Below, piece by piece: positions 46,542 through 56,774 of a stretch of DNA of 64,000 nucleotides (position 1 is its first letter; each line of letters begins with the position of its first letter). A model generated the notes under the pieces. That model was not told where the DNA came from, did no database searches, and saw only the letters and a program-made list of their open reading frames with translations. Origin of the DNA: an uncultured Bacteroidales bacterium (GTDB lineage: Bacteria > Bacteroidota > Bacteroidia > Bacteroidales > CAYRRV01); NCBI GenBank assembly GCA_964426725.1, contig CAYRRV010000010.1, positions 155 to 64,154 on the forward strand, in the 5' to 3' direction. The position numbers were made by a program, and so were the translations under genes.

Positions 46542-47013
46542 TACCCGATTTTTTATAAAATTAATAAAATCATTCAAATATTTGATTTTATTCTACAAAT
46601 ATATAAATATCAAATTATATATTCGCCCACTGCAAAAAAACTTTTCAACCATTCTGGCAATTGAAGCCTAATTTTAAGCGGAATTTCTCAATTTTTGGGA
46701 AGTTGAAAATCTATTTTTTAATTGAAAACAGTCAATAATGATTAATTTTCAGAATAAAATAACATTTGTTCCATGTAATTACCTGGATAGATAATTTTTA
46801 AATCTGTTATCTTTCCATTTTCTTTGACGGGAACGAGAAGGGGGAATAATGTTCATCATTTTTTTACTGTGTTTTGCTCGATGCGAGTATATGAGAATTC
46901 ATTCATTTCACAATATTTAAAAACGCTAAAAATAACTTTAGGGTTGCAATTATTTTTATGAGATTTGGAGAATATTTATTATATTGCATTAAGCCAGGTT
47001 AAAAGCTAAAAAG

Positions 47014-49137
47014 ATGAGGAAATTTTTGTTATTGGTGTTTATTTTTTACGGGCAGATGCAAATAATATATTGTCAGGAAGATACGCTTCACCTGGAACAA
47101 TTAATGGGGCTTTCAATTGAAGAATTAATGGATTTGAAAGTTATTTCAGCCTCCCGGCAGGAAGAACCTGTCACTGAGGTTCCTGTACCGGTCACCATTA
47201 TAACAGAAGAAATGATTAAGGCCTGTGGCTCTCTTAATCTTAAAGATATATTAATCACTTATGTTCCCGGGCTCACCAATGTTGAAGATGCTGATGATCC
47301 CAATATTGCCATGCGGGGCGTGTATGGCTCGAACCAGTCCAAAATTCTCATGTTAATTAACGGGCACCGGATGAATATCCGGATTGTTAACTCATGTTTC
47401 CCGGAGTGGAGTAATTCATTGGATAAAATAAAAAGAATTGAGGTTTTAAGAGGTCCGGCTTCTTCATTATACGGGAATGTTGCTTTAACCGGCGTAATAA
47501 ACATTATCACGAAAAACGGGAGTGATGTAAATGGCATGGAAGTGAGAGGAGGAATCGGTTCCCACCAGCAGTATAATCTCTCACTGCTTTACGGGAAAAA
47601 ATTTTCTGAAACCCAGGATATCGCCATGTGGTACAATTTTTACAAGGCTGGAGGAGAAAAATTCAGCGTGAAGGCTGAAAATGATTATTCTCCTGTTCCA
47701 AAGGACGGAAATGTAATTGTTGGAGCTGTTACGGACATACCCGCCTTTGACGTGGGCATGCAGTTTAATTCGGGTAAACTATCCATCCTGGGTAATTATC
47801 GTGCTTCAAGCACCCTGCTGCCATACTCGAGCACGGGTTTAGGAGGTGAAATTTATAATTATCAGGATTACCGTACATATGACGGGCTGGGACCGGGTAC
47901 AACCATTCAGTCCTCACATATTGATATAAAAAGAAAGCTGCCCGTGATACAAGATTTTGAAAGTATTGTTAATATATATTTTGATAATGACGTGCTTATC
48001 AGTAATCATGTAGTGAATCCTGCACCTTCAGTAAAAAAGTGCTTTATACTTGATGAAAAAGACATCGCCGGTGGATTTCAGTTTTATACTTCCAAGAATT
48101 TGAATCTGTTTACCAAGCCTGCCGCGATTATCGTTGGTACCCAGGTAGAACTAATGCGGGTATATGATAGCTATACAGTTGAAGGCGATAGTGGTGAACT
48201 GGAATATACTACCGATTCAAGGGAAGAACCTTTTCTGGATAAAGGTTCGGAACAAAGTTATTCCTTGTTTGGGCAATTTAAATATAATTTAACAAAAAAA
48301 ATCATTTTAAATATAGGTTCGCGTTATGATTACAAAACCAGGATCAAGGGAAAGGCGGTTATGGATTTAAGTCCCAGGTTTGCCTTTATTTATCATCCCG
48401 AAGATTGGTATAACCTGAAATTGTCATATTCCAAATCATTCGTGGATGCTCCTTATTTTTACCGGTATAACAACCTGGAAGATTTTCGGGGTTCCGAAGA
48501 CCTGGAACCAGAGTATTTACATTCATTTCAGGTTACCTCTTACCTAGCGCCAGAGAAATTTAGTTTCAGTTATACGCTGAATTGTTTTTATAATAACCTG
48601 ATAGATGTTATTTACAGGGTTCAGAATAATGAAAATACAAACCGTCATTATATCAATGCCGGAAGATTGGAGTCCGTGGGAATCGAAAATGAATTGTCAT
48701 ACTTTCAGGATTGGGGCAGAATTTATTCAAATTTAACCTGGCAGTATGCTATTGATGCCTCTGGTTATGGAGTAAGGGATGGAAGAATATTTGATGTTCC
48801 TTCTTTAACCGCCAATCTTGTAGTGGATATCAAGCCTTTTTATAAGAGGAATAAGCTCCTGAATGTGAATTTGTCTTCCAGTTATACCGGGGCACAGCTA
48901 TCACCGATTGATTCATACAAGGGAGGATTATTATATATTTCACCTGATCATGAGGTCGGGGCTACAGTTCTATTTAATGCCGGGATCAGGCTGGGAGAAT
49001 TACAGGGATTCTCTTTCGACGGGCAGATTCGTAACATTCTTAACACGACCTATTACCAGGGTGGAACAACCACGATTCCATACCTGCAAAAGGGCAGGTG
49101 GCTAATGCTCCGGGTTGGTTACAGGATTAATGACTAA
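47014..49137 (+). CDS. TonB-dependent receptor (plug + barrel), of the type associated with YfiR/DUF4154 sensors
   Basis: 'LSIEELMDLKVISASRQEEPVTEVPVPVTIITEEMIKACGSLNLKDILITYVPG' and 'IEVLRGPASSLYGNVALTGVINIITK', followed by a long barrel. Confidence 0.85.
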   Translation: MRKFLLLVFIFYGQMQIIYCQEDTLHLEQLMGLSIEELMDLKVISASRQEEPVTEVPVPVTIITEEMIKACGSLNLKDILITYVPGLTNVEDADDPNIAMRGVYGSNQSKILMLINGHRMNIRIVNSCFPEWSNSLDKIKRIEVLRGPASSLYGNVALTGVINIITKNGSDVNGMEVRGGIGSHQQYNLSLLYGKKFSETQDIAMWYNFYKAGGEKFSVKAENDYSPVPKDGNVIVGAVTDIPAFDVGMQFNSGKLSILGNYRASSTLLPYSSTGLGGEIYNYQDYRTYDGLGPGTTIQSSHIDIKRKLPVIQDFESIVNIYFDNDVLISNHVVNPAPSVKKCFILDEKDIAGGFQFYTSKNLNLFTKPAAIIVGTQVELMRVYDSYTVEGDSGELEYTTDSREEPFLDKGSEQSYSLFGQFKYNLTKKIILNIGSRYDYKTRIKGKAVMDLSPRFAFIYHPEDWYNLKLSYSKSFVDAPYFYRYNNLEDFRGSEDLEPEYLHSFQVTSYLAPEKFSFSYTLNCFYNNLIDVIYRVQNNENTNRHYINAGRLESVGIENELSYFQDWGRIYSNLTWQYAIDASGYGVRDGRIFDVPSLTANLVVDIKPFYKRNKLLNVNLSSSYTGAQLSPIDSYKGGLLYISPDHEVGATVLFNAGIRLGELQGFSFDGQIRNILNTTYYQGGTTTIPYLQKGRWLMLRVGYRIND

Positions 49138-49212
49138 ATTATTATAAGGTTGTTACCCGTGCATCTGTTAAAATCTGTTTCCCGGTGTACCTGATTTATG
49201 GATCGGCTTCTA

Positions 49213-51642
49213 TTAAGGAAGCAGGAACCTGCCTAATTGATCCATTAATTTATCGAATTCAATCGGTTTTGAAAGGTACGCGTCGCAACCCGCGGCCAGG
49301 ATTTCTTTCTTTTCACTACTCATCGCATAAGCTGTTTGAGCGATTACCGGGATGCTTTTTGATTTTTTTATTTTTCTCGTTGCCTCGATTCCACTGATTC
49401 CCGGCAATTTTATATCCATGAGAATTATATCATACCCGTTTTTCAATGCTTTTTCCACGGCTTCATTTCCATCAATTGCACGGTCTGTTTTTATTCCGGT
49501 TTTTTTTAGTAATTCAAGAAGCAGAAAATAATTGGTGTCTTCATCCTCGGCAATCAACAAATGAAACTTACTGAAATTAGGATATATCCCGGGAAGTTTT
49601 TTTTCTTCATCAGCTTCTATCTCTTCATTTTTAAAATAATAACCGGGTATTTCAAGATAAAAAACTGAGCCCTTGCCAGGCGTACTCTTGTACCATAGAT
49701 TTCCCCCCATTAGTTGCGACAGGTTTTTACTTATGCTCAGTCCAAGTCCAACACCTCTTTTCAGTTTGGTCTTGTCTTCTTCAATTTTAGTAAACCTGTT
49801 GAATATGTACTCCTTGTTTTTATCATCAATACCAGGTCCTGTATCTTCTACATAAAAACGGATTGTATTATTTTCCAATAATTCATACCCGAGAGTAATG
49901 CTTCCCTCATCCGTGTATTTTACCGCGTTATCCATCAGGTTTGTAATGATTTGCTTCAATCTGGCCGGATCAGTATGCAGGTAAGGATCTTGAGCCTGGG
50001 TGGGTTTGTAGATGAGTTTAATATTATTTTTATTCAAAGATATCAGTTGACTCCTGTAATGCAGGTTTAATTCACCGGTAAGTTCTTTCACGGCTAATTC
50101 AGATTTCATGAGATTGATTTGACCCGATTCGATGAGAGATATATCCAGGATATCATCAATGAGATGCAATAACGTGCTTGTTCCGTTTGTAATATGCTTG
50201 TAATACTGTTTCTTTTTATTATTCGGTATTTCATCTGAAGTAATCAGGGATGAAAATCCAATGATGGCATTCATCGGGGTACGTATCTCGTGTGACATGT
50301 TGGCCAGGAAAGAGGATTTAAGTCGACTGGATTCTTCTGCTTTTAATTTTGCTTTTTCTAAATCGGCGGTTCGTTCTTTTACAAGTAATTCCAAATTGTC
50401 TTTGATATCTTCCAATTGCCTGTTCTTGGTAGCTATTTCTATATTCTGTGCCTGAACCTGATCATGTTTCTTCTTGATCTCTTCTTTCTGATGATTGATT
50501 TTTTCTTTTTGTTCTTCAATGGCCTCGTTTTTATGCTCCAGTTCAATATTGGCTTTTCTTTTCACATTAAACAAACTGTAAATAAAAAAGATAACAATGA
50601 GAAAAAGACCTGCTATACCCAGGGAAAGGTAAAGAATTGCTTTTTGTTTATTAATCTGGGTCATTTGTTCTTCAAGAATAGCTTCCTGTTCATTGATCTT
50701 TTTCTCATGCGAGAAAAGCTGATTTTCTCTTGAAAAGATGAGACTGTCATAATTATCTATCAGGGCTTCTTTTTTATCCAACTCCGATATTTTTGATTGG
50801 AGCAGGTAATCCTTTAACCGGATATTTTGATCCAACAGTTGGATTTTATCCTCCTGCGCGTCTATTTTTACTATTTGTGAATCAAGGAAAGCTTCTTGTT
50901 GGTCAAGTTCCCTGATTTGCCTGGCGATAATATCATTTTGTTTCCCGATAAGCAACTTTTGATTGGCAATCTCCGCTTTTCTTTTAGTGATAGATTGATT
51001 GAGTTCACCAATTTTTCTCTCATGGTCACGGATTTCATCCCTTAACTCCAAAACTATTTGATGAGATTCGATGAGTTGTTCCTCGGCTTTACGGTATAGT
51101 TGTTGAATATCCATGATGTTTCCACCAAGAAGCAACAATTTGGAAGAGATGGTTAAACCTTCCGAGTTAATACGTGCTTTATTGATCTCGAATGATAATT
51201 TGGCATTCGTTTTATTGGGAGTAATAAGATTTATCATGGTAAGGTGCGGCGCTTTCATGTTTTGGGTGACAAGCAACGTGACCTTTCCCTTGATTCTCTC
51301 GCTGATGCGTTCCATGTAAAAATTGAACTTTTCATCAACAAAAATCATTTGGCAGGGAGGAATTTCCTCGGGACTGTTAGTGTGGAGTACATTTATGGGT
51401 TTGCCCTGGTGTGCCATACTATTGGCAATAAATTGCATCCTTTTTACCAATGCTGTATCATGACCGACTATACAAATTGAAAACGTGTTAAATTCATCTT
51501 CATTCGACCAGTATATATTTTTCGAGAAGTTGTAAAGATAAACAGCCTTTAGATCCGTATCCTTTGTTGATTGCCCACGCGTTTTTCCGGCTAACAATAA
51601 AAAAATAAGTATTATACATATTATATGGACACGTGCGAACAT
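49213..51642 (-). CDS. Hybrid sensor histidine kinase/response regulator with N-terminal YfiR-like (DUF4154) periplasmic domain and a long coiled coil
   Basis: 'LKAVYLYNFSKNIYW' (DUF4154-like). A ~150-aa heptad-rich Q/E/K segment. TM 'LSLGIAGLFLIVIFFIY'. H-box 'MSHEIRTPMNAIIGF'. HATPase 'VEDTGPGI...GVGLGLSISKNLSQLMGGNLWYKSTPGKGSVFY'. REC 'LLIAEDEDTN...DIILMDIKLPGISG'. Confidence 0.85.
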   Translation of the reverse strand: MFARVHIICIILIFLLLAGKTRGQSTKDTDLKAVYLYNFSKNIYWSNEDEFNTFSICIVGHDTALVKRMQFIANSMAHQGKPINVLHTNSPEEIPPCQMIFVDEKFNFYMERISERIKGKVTLLVTQNMKAPHLTMINLITPNKTNAKLSFEINKARINSEGLTISSKLLLLGGNIMDIQQLYRKAEEQLIESHQIVLELRDEIRDHERKIGELNQSITKRKAEIANQKLLIGKQNDIIARQIRELDQQEAFLDSQIVKIDAQEDKIQLLDQNIRLKDYLLQSKISELDKKEALIDNYDSLIFSRENQLFSHEKKINEQEAILEEQMTQINKQKAILYLSLGIAGLFLIVIFFIYSLFNVKRKANIELEHKNEAIEEQKEKINHQKEEIKKKHDQVQAQNIEIATKNRQLEDIKDNLELLVKERTADLEKAKLKAEESSRLKSSFLANMSHEIRTPMNAIIGFSSLITSDEIPNNKKKQYYKHITNGTSTLLHLIDDILDISLIESGQINLMKSELAVKELTGELNLHYRSQLISLNKNNIKLIYKPTQAQDPYLHTDPARLKQIITNLMDNAVKYTDEGSITLGYELLENNTIRFYVEDTGPGIDDKNKEYIFNRFTKIEEDKTKLKRGVGLGLSISKNLSQLMGGNLWYKSTPGKGSVFYLEIPGYYFKNEEIEADEEKKLPGIYPNFSKFHLLIAEDEDTNYFLLLELLKKTGIKTDRAIDGNEAVEKALKNGYDIILMDIKLPGISGIEATRKIKKSKSIPVIAQTAYAMSSEKKEILAAGCDAYLSKPIEFDKLMDQLGRFLLP

Positions 51643-51833
51643 TCTGTTTAAATCCCCTGTTATTGTATGTTTATCCTATTCTTACGTCAAAACTATTTAC
51701 ATGGTTCCCGAAAAACAAGTATTCTTTAAACGTTTTTTAACCGAATAATATTTTAATTTTGATATTAAGTGCTGATAAGAAAACGCGCTATTTATAAATA
51801 TCGATTGGTTTTTTATGGTTACAATCGTTTAAT

Positions 51834-52700
51834 ATGCAAATTGTTATGGAGGGAATTGGATATCTAAATGATAAGTTCATTTCTGTTGAACAAGCCCTGA
51901 TTCCTGTTTACGACAGGGGAATGATTTTCGGGGATGGCATTTATGAGGTGATCCGGTGGTACGGGGAAGATTTTTTCAAGGCAAATGAGCATTTTGCCCG
52001 AATGAAGATAAGCGCTGAAGCCATCGGTTTAAAAATTCCTCATGTTGGCTTGTTAAAGGAAATAGCATCGAAACTTGCTCGGATGAATAAAATGCAGGGA
52101 AGAGAGGCCAGGCTCTATATACAAATTACGCGTGGTGTCGCCCGGCGTACGCATCATTATCCGGATCCCCCAGTTAAGCCTACTCTTTTCATGGATATTT
52201 CACCCTTTAAGCCTTTTGTCCGGCTATTGAACAATGGTGCAGAAGCTATTTTGCACGAGGATATCCGCTGGCAAAGATGTGATATCAAAACCACTGCACT
52301 GCTCCCCAATACGATGGTCATGCAGAAAGCTAAGAAATCAGGTGCATACGAGGCTGTTTTTCATGATGGTAAATTAATTACAGAGGGTACACACACTAAT
52401 ATTTTTGCTATTAAAAATGGAATGATAAGCACACCACCACGCTCGAACAAAATACTGGCCGGGATTACGCGAGGGCTGGTACTTGAATTTTGCAAAAAAA
52501 GTAACTATCTTGCCCGGGAAAGAAATATTATGGTCGATGAATTATTGGATGCCGATGAAGTATTTCTCACCGGAACGGCAACTGAAATAACCCCGGTGGT
52601 TAAAATAGATGGAAATATTATCGGTACAGGCAGGCCGGGAGTGGTGACCCGATCGTTACTAAATATTTTGAATGAAGAAACCAGGAAATGTAAATTTTGA
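51834..52700 (+). CDS. Class IV aminotransferase (D-amino-acid / branched-chain aminotransferase family)
   Basis: 'GDGIYEVIRWY', 'IQITRG', 'EGTHTNIFAIKNG', 'ILAGITR' and 'DEVFLTGTATEITPV'. Confidence 0.8.
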   Translation: MQIVMEGIGYLNDKFISVEQALIPVYDRGMIFGDGIYEVIRWYGEDFFKANEHFARMKISAEAIGLKIPHVGLLKEIASKLARMNKMQGREARLYIQITRGVARRTHHYPDPPVKPTLFMDISPFKPFVRLLNNGAEAILHEDIRWQRCDIKTTALLPNTMVMQKAKKSGAYEAVFHDGKLITEGTHTNIFAIKNGMISTPPRSNKILAGITRGLVLEFCKKSNYLARERNIMVDELLDADEVFLTGTATEITPVVKIDGNIIGTGRPGVVTRSLLNILNEETRKCKF

Positions 52701-52770
52701 CGAAATAAGATTTATAAAGGCCAGGTTGGTTAAACAAATAATCGGTTCAACAGTTAAACAATAAAAAAAC

Positions 52771-53712
52771 ATGTTTTTTAAAAACGCTTTCAGGGGGAAA
52801 AATGATATCTGGAGATACGTTCTCACGGTATTTCTCTCATTTTTGGCCGGTCAGGCTCTTGGTGCAATCCCTTACATATACGTGATCGGGCGTGCTATTA
52901 CCAGAACCGGTAATGCCGAGGCATTCGAAAATGTAACCGATTTTGAAGCACTGGGAATCTCTTCAACGATTGGCCTCATTTTGGTTGTAGTTCCATTTAT
53001 GACAGGATTAATTGGGCTTTACATCGGGGTTAAATATATTCATAAAAAGAAAATGAAGGATTTACTGACAGCCACCCCGCGATTCCGATTTGGGAGAATG
53101 TTTTTTGCCGGTTTCACCTGGATGTTGTTACTTGCCATTTTTCACACCTTTCATCTAATAACTGAACCCGAAAATTACACGTTTTCATTTGACAGCGCTC
53201 AATTTTTCTACCTTTTTTTGGTAGCGTTCATGTTTTTACCTTTTCAGACAACGTATGAGGAAATATTTTTCCGGGGTTACCTGATGCAGGGAATTGGTGT
53301 TGCTACAAGAAACAGGTGGTTGCCCGTGGTATTGACCTCCCTTTTTTTTGGCTCCTTGCATTTTCTGAACCCGGAGGTAAATGAATTCGGTTTCTGGATT
53401 ACCATGCCCCAGTATATAGGGTGGGGTTTTTTTCTCGGGATTATCGTTATTCTGGACGATGGATTGGAAATCGCTATTGGTACTCATGCCGCGAATAACA
53501 TCTTTCTTTCACTTTTCGTGACGCATAAAAGTGCGGCTCTTCAGACCAATGCTCTATTCGAAATTAATGAGTTAAATGCACTGAGAGATATGGCTGAGTT
53601 TTTCGTGTCGGTTATAATTTTTATCACTGTTTTGCAATTAGTGTACCGGTGGAAAACCTGGGACAAGATTTTTTCACCTTTACGTAGGCCGGCGAGGGAA
53701 CCATCCGAATAA
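52771..53712 (+). CDS. CPBP family intramembrane glutamic endopeptidase (CAAX protease/Abi family)
   Basis: Motifs 'EEIFFRGYL', 'FGSLHF' and 'HAANN' in a polytopic membrane protein. Confidence 0.8.
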   Translation: MFFKNAFRGKNDIWRYVLTVFLSFLAGQALGAIPYIYVIGRAITRTGNAEAFENVTDFEALGISSTIGLILVVVPFMTGLIGLYIGVKYIHKKKMKDLLTATPRFRFGRMFFAGFTWMLLLAIFHTFHLITEPENYTFSFDSAQFFYLFLVAFMFLPFQTTYEEIFFRGYLMQGIGVATRNRWLPVVLTSLFFGSLHFLNPEVNEFGFWITMPQYIGWGFFLGIIVILDDGLEIAIGTHAANNIFLSLFVTHKSAALQTNALFEINELNALRDMAEFFVSVIIFITVLQLVYRWKTWDKIFSPLRRPAREPSE

Positions 53713-53752
53713 AAATTACAGTATTCGAAATTGGAAGTAAAGATTTTTTTTT

Positions 53753-53760
53753 TATATTTG
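53753..53760 (+). promoter_or_regulatory. -7 box TATATTTG for the trp leader transcript
   Basis: Exact TAnnTTTG match, 17 nt before the leader ATG. Confidence 0.5.
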
Positions 53761-53777
53761 TTGCAAAACAAATAAGA

Positions 53778-53849
53778 ATGGCATTAAATACTATCAATAG
53801 AGTCAACTGTTCATGGTGGTGGTGGCACGAAAAGAACTACCGGTTGTAA
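53778..53849 (+). CDS. Trp leader peptide MALNTINRVNCSWWWWHEKNYRL (four consecutive TGG codons at 53814-53825)
   Basis: Read directly: atg gca tta aat act atc aat aga gtc aac tgt tca tgg tgg tgg tgg cac gaa aag aac tac cgg ttg taa. Lies between a -7 box and an intrinsic terminator, upstream of trpB2. Confidence 0.8.
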   Translation: MALNTINRVNCSWWWWHEKNYRL

Positions 53850-53893
53850 ACAGCTTGATTCGCTTGATAGCAGGAATATAAAATTAAAATGCA

Positions 53894-53927
53894 GGGGCAG
53901 GTTGTTTACGACCTGCCCCTTTTGTTT
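53894..53927 (+). terminator. Attenuator terminator upstream of trpB2
   Basis: GGGGCAGGT (53894-53902) / ACCTGCCCC (53911-53919), 8-nt loop, followed by TTTTGTTT. Ends 23 nt before the trpB2 ATG. Confidence 0.8.
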
Positions 53928-53949
53928 AACCCTTAACATTTTATAAATT

Positions 53950-55311
53950 ATGAGTAAGACCCGTAAAATTTTTCTGAACGAGAAGGAGATGCCAACGAAC
54001 TGGTACAATATCGTGGCAGATATGCCCAATAAGCCATTACCTCCTTTACATCCTGGAACCAAAAAGCCTGTAGGACCTGAAGATTTAGCGCCACTTTTCC
54101 CCATGGCATTAATCAAGCAGGAAGTGGCAACTGAAAAATTCATTGAAATTCCGGAAGAAGTAATGGATTTTTATAAAATATGGCGACCATCCCCTTTGAT
54201 AAGGGCATATAACCTTGAAAAATTCCTGGATACACCCGCTAAAATTTACTACAAAAATGAAGGAGTGAGTCCAGCCGGGTCTCATAAACCCAATACTGCA
54301 GTACCACAGGCTTATTATAACGCGAAAGAAGGTGTAAAGAAAATTACTACTGAAACAGGTGCAGGTCAGTGGGGAAGTGCATTAAGCATGGCCACGCAAC
54401 ATTTTGGTATAGAACTGCAGGTGTTTATGGTAAAAGTAAGTTACTACCAGAAACCTTACCGCAAGTCGATGATGAATACCTGGAATGCCACTGTTGTTCC
54501 ATCACCCAGCGAACTAACGGATTCCGGGCGCAAAATTCTCGCGGAAAATCCGGATTCTCCCGGAAGCTTGGGTATTGCCATATCTGAAGCCGTGGAAATG
54601 GCCGCGAAAAACGAGGATACGAAATACTCCCTGGGAAGCGTGCTCAATCATGTATTATTGCATCAAACCATTATCGGGGAAGAGGCCTTGAAACAACTAG
54701 AGATGACAGGTGATTTTCCCGATATAGTCATAGGTTGCTTTGGAGGAGGGTCTAATTTTTCCGGTATCAGTTTCCCCTTTTTAAGGCATAAACTGACGAA
54801 TGGTAAAGATATGAAAGTTATTGCTGTAGAACCTGCCTCTTGTCCTAAATTAACGCGCGGAGAATTCCAGTATGATTTCGGCGACACGGTTGGTTTAACC
54901 CCGTTAATTGCCATGTACACGCTTGGTCATAATTTCGTTCCCGCGAAAATTCATGCAGGGGGGTTGCGTTATCATGGTGCCGGGGCGATAGTATCTCAAT
55001 TGCTGAAAGACAAAATTATCGAAGCACAGTCAATCTTGCAGCTCGAATCATTTGAAGCAGGAGTTACCTTTGCCAGAACTGAAGGAATTATTCCCGCCCC
55101 GGAAACCAGTCACGCGATTGCTTCTGTTATCAGGGAAGCAAAAAAAGCCAAAGAAGAAGGTAAGTCGAAGACCATTCTCTTTAACTTCTCCGGTCATGGT
55201 CTGGTTGATATGGCTGCTTATGATCAATACTTTTCAGGGGCATTGGAAAATCACGCGATTTCAGAGGAAGACATTAAAAAAAGTCTTGCCCAACTGGAAA
55301 AAATCATTTGA
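53950..55311 (+). CDS. trpB: TrpB-like PLP-dependent enzyme (tryptophan synthase beta chain, TrpB2 type)
   Basis: The long N-terminus '[29 protein letters not shown]' is typical of TrpB2. PLP lysine region '[15 protein letters not shown]'. '[11 protein letters not shown]'. 453 aa. Confidence 0.85.
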   Translation: MSKTRKIFLNEKEMPTNWYNIVADMPNKPLPPLHPGTKKPVGPEDLAPLFPMALIKQEVATEKFIEIPEEVMDFYKIWRPSPLIRAYNLEKFLDTPAKIYYKNEGVSPAGSHKPNTAVPQAYYNAKEGVKKITTETGAGQWGSALSMATQHFGIELQVFMVKVSYYQKPYRKSMMNTWNATVVPSPSELTDSGRKILAENPDSPGSLGIAISEAVEMAAKNEDTKYSLGSVLNHVLLHQTIIGEEALKQLEMTGDFPDIVIGCFGGGSNFSGISFPFLRHKLTNGKDMKVIAVEPASCPKLTRGEFQYDFGDTVGLTPLIAMYTLGHNFVPAKIHAGGLRYHGAGAIVSQLLKDKIIEAQSILQLESFEAGVTFARTEGIIPAPETSHAIASVIREAKKAKEEGKSKTILFNFSGHGLVDMAAYDQYFSGALENHAISEEDIKKSLAQLEKII

Positions 55312-55323
55312 GTATTTTCATTT

Positions 55324-55367
55324 CAAAAAAAATAACCGGTTCAATGTTACGAACCGGTTATTTTTTG
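55324..55367. terminator. Bidirectional intrinsic terminator between trpB2 and amt
   Basis: 12-bp stem AATAACCGGTTC (55331-55342) / GAACCGGTTATT (55351-55362), flanked by an A-run and a T-run. Confidence 0.75.
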
Positions 55368-55370
55368 CTT

Positions 55371-55399
55371 ATAAAAAGCCGCTCCCCGGGACGGGAGCG
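55371..55399 (-). terminator. Intrinsic terminator directly after amt
   Basis: Minus strand reads CGCTCCC-GTCCCG-GGGAGCG followed by GCTTTTTAT. Stem at 55380-55386 / 55393-55399. Confidence 0.6.
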
Positions 55400-55431
55400 A
55401 CCTGACTATAGGTGTTTAGGGTTAGGGAAAC

Positions 55432-56739
55432 TTAGTTATACGCGCTTTCTCCATGTTCGTATACATCCAATCCTTCTTCTTCAATTCTCCTGCTCACTCT
55501 TAAGCCATTCGTGGCTTTCAGTATTTTGAAAAGAATGAATCCGGTAATGAGTGCCCATGCACCAATAGATACTACACCAACTGCCTGTATACCGAGCTGT
55601 TTTAAACCTCCACCATAAAACAGACCGGTTTCAGTCGCGAATAATCCTACCAGTAAGGTTCCGAGCGCTCCACAGACACCATGTACCGAGATAGCACCCA
55701 CGGGATCGTCTACTTTCAATATTTTATCTATAAATTCAACGCTAAAGGGTAGGATGAATCCTGCCATAATTCCTATTGCTACAGCACCAGCAGGACTTAC
55801 AGCAGCACAACCGGCTGTAATTGCCACCAATCCGGCAAGGGCGCCGTTAAGTGAAATGGAAAGAGAAGGACGCTTGTATCTTGCCCATGACACGAGCATG
55901 GCCGTTACAGCACCGGCACCCGCGGCAAGGTTCGTGGTAAGTGCAATTTTACCAATAGCAATGGTACTGGTTCCGGTCGCTGCAAGCTCCGAACCCGGGT
56001 TAAAGCCAAACCATCCGAACCAAAGTATAAACACGCCCAGTGCACCCAGGGCTAAGTTATGACCCAGCACTGCTTTCACCGTTCCGTTGGGGCCATATTT
56101 GCCTAAGCGGGCGCCAAGTGTGGCAGAACCTGCCAGACCAACCCATCCTCCTACCGAATGGACGATAGTTGAACCGGCAAAATCAATGAATCCCCATTCT
56201 TCAATGGCCTCACCCGCTTCATTATAAAGAGTGCCGAGCGTGGATAACCAACCACCGCCCCAGTGCCAGAATCCTGAAATGGGATAAATAATTACAGTGA
56301 TTACAATGCTAAATACAATATACGCGTTAAATTTGGTTCTCTCGGCCATGGCTCCCGAGACGATAGTGGCAGCAGTAGCCGCGAAAACTGTCTGGAACAT
56401 CAGGTCCGTGTAATTGGCATAATCACCAAATCCTTCATCATTAAAAGCAAAGTTGTCCAGCGGATTTCCCATGAACCCACCCAGCCACGCGCTTCCATAC
56501 ATGATTGAATAGCCAATGAGCCAGTAGGTAAGACCACCTATTGAGAAGTCCATCAGGTTTTTCATGAGGATATTCGCCGTGTTTTTCTGACGGGTGAAAC
56601 CTGCTTCCACGAGAGCAAATCCAGGCTGCATGAACATCACCATGAAGGTGGCCAGCAACAGCCATATGTTATTGATGGAGATATCGAGTCCCACGGTGGC
56701 TTCAGCCACTTCAGGTACAGTTGTTAAAGCTTCTTCCAT
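55432..56739 (-). CDS. amt: Ammonium transporter (Amt family)
   Basis: 'MQPGFALVEAGFTRQKN' and 'DFAGSTIVHSVGGWVGLAG', with 11-TM-like hydrophobicity. Downstream of P-II. Confidence 0.9.
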   Translation of the reverse strand: MEEALTTVPEVAEATVGLDISINNIWLLLATFMVMFMQPGFALVEAGFTRQKNTANILMKNLMDFSIGGLTYWLIGYSIMYGSAWLGGFMGNPLDNFAFNDEGFGDYANYTDLMFQTVFAATAATIVSGAMAERTKFNAYIVFSIVITVIIYPISGFWHWGGGWLSTLGTLYNEAGEAIEEWGFIDFAGSTIVHSVGGWVGLAGSATLGARLGKYGPNGTVKAVLGHNLALGALGVFILWFGWFGFNPGSELAATGTSTIAIGKIALTTNLAAGAGAVTAMLVSWARYKRPSLSISLNGALAGLVAITAGCAAVSPAGAVAIGIMAGFILPFSVEFIDKILKVDDPVGAISVHGVCGALGTLLVGLFATETGLFYGGGLKQLGIQAVGVVSIGAWALITGFILFKILKATNGLRVSRRIEEEGLDVYEHGESAYN

Positions 56740-56774
56740 GATTTTTTACTTTTTTAGTGTTCCTGTTAAATTAT

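Noticed and set aside
46849-46920. A 23-codon ORF (MFIIFLLCFARCEYMRIHSFHNI) preceded by the purine-rich GAGAAGGGGGA, upstream of the 47014 TonB-dependent receptor.
   Set aside because: Bacteroidota generally do not rely on Shine-Dalgarno pairing. The peptide has no regulatory codon bias, and no terminator or antiterminator follows it. It cannot be distinguished from chance.
53811-54143. A 110-aa minus-strand ORF ending '...VPPPP'.
   Set aside because: The PPPP is simply the reverse complement of the four TGG codons of the Trp leader. The ORF also runs antisense into trpB2 and across the attenuator terminator.
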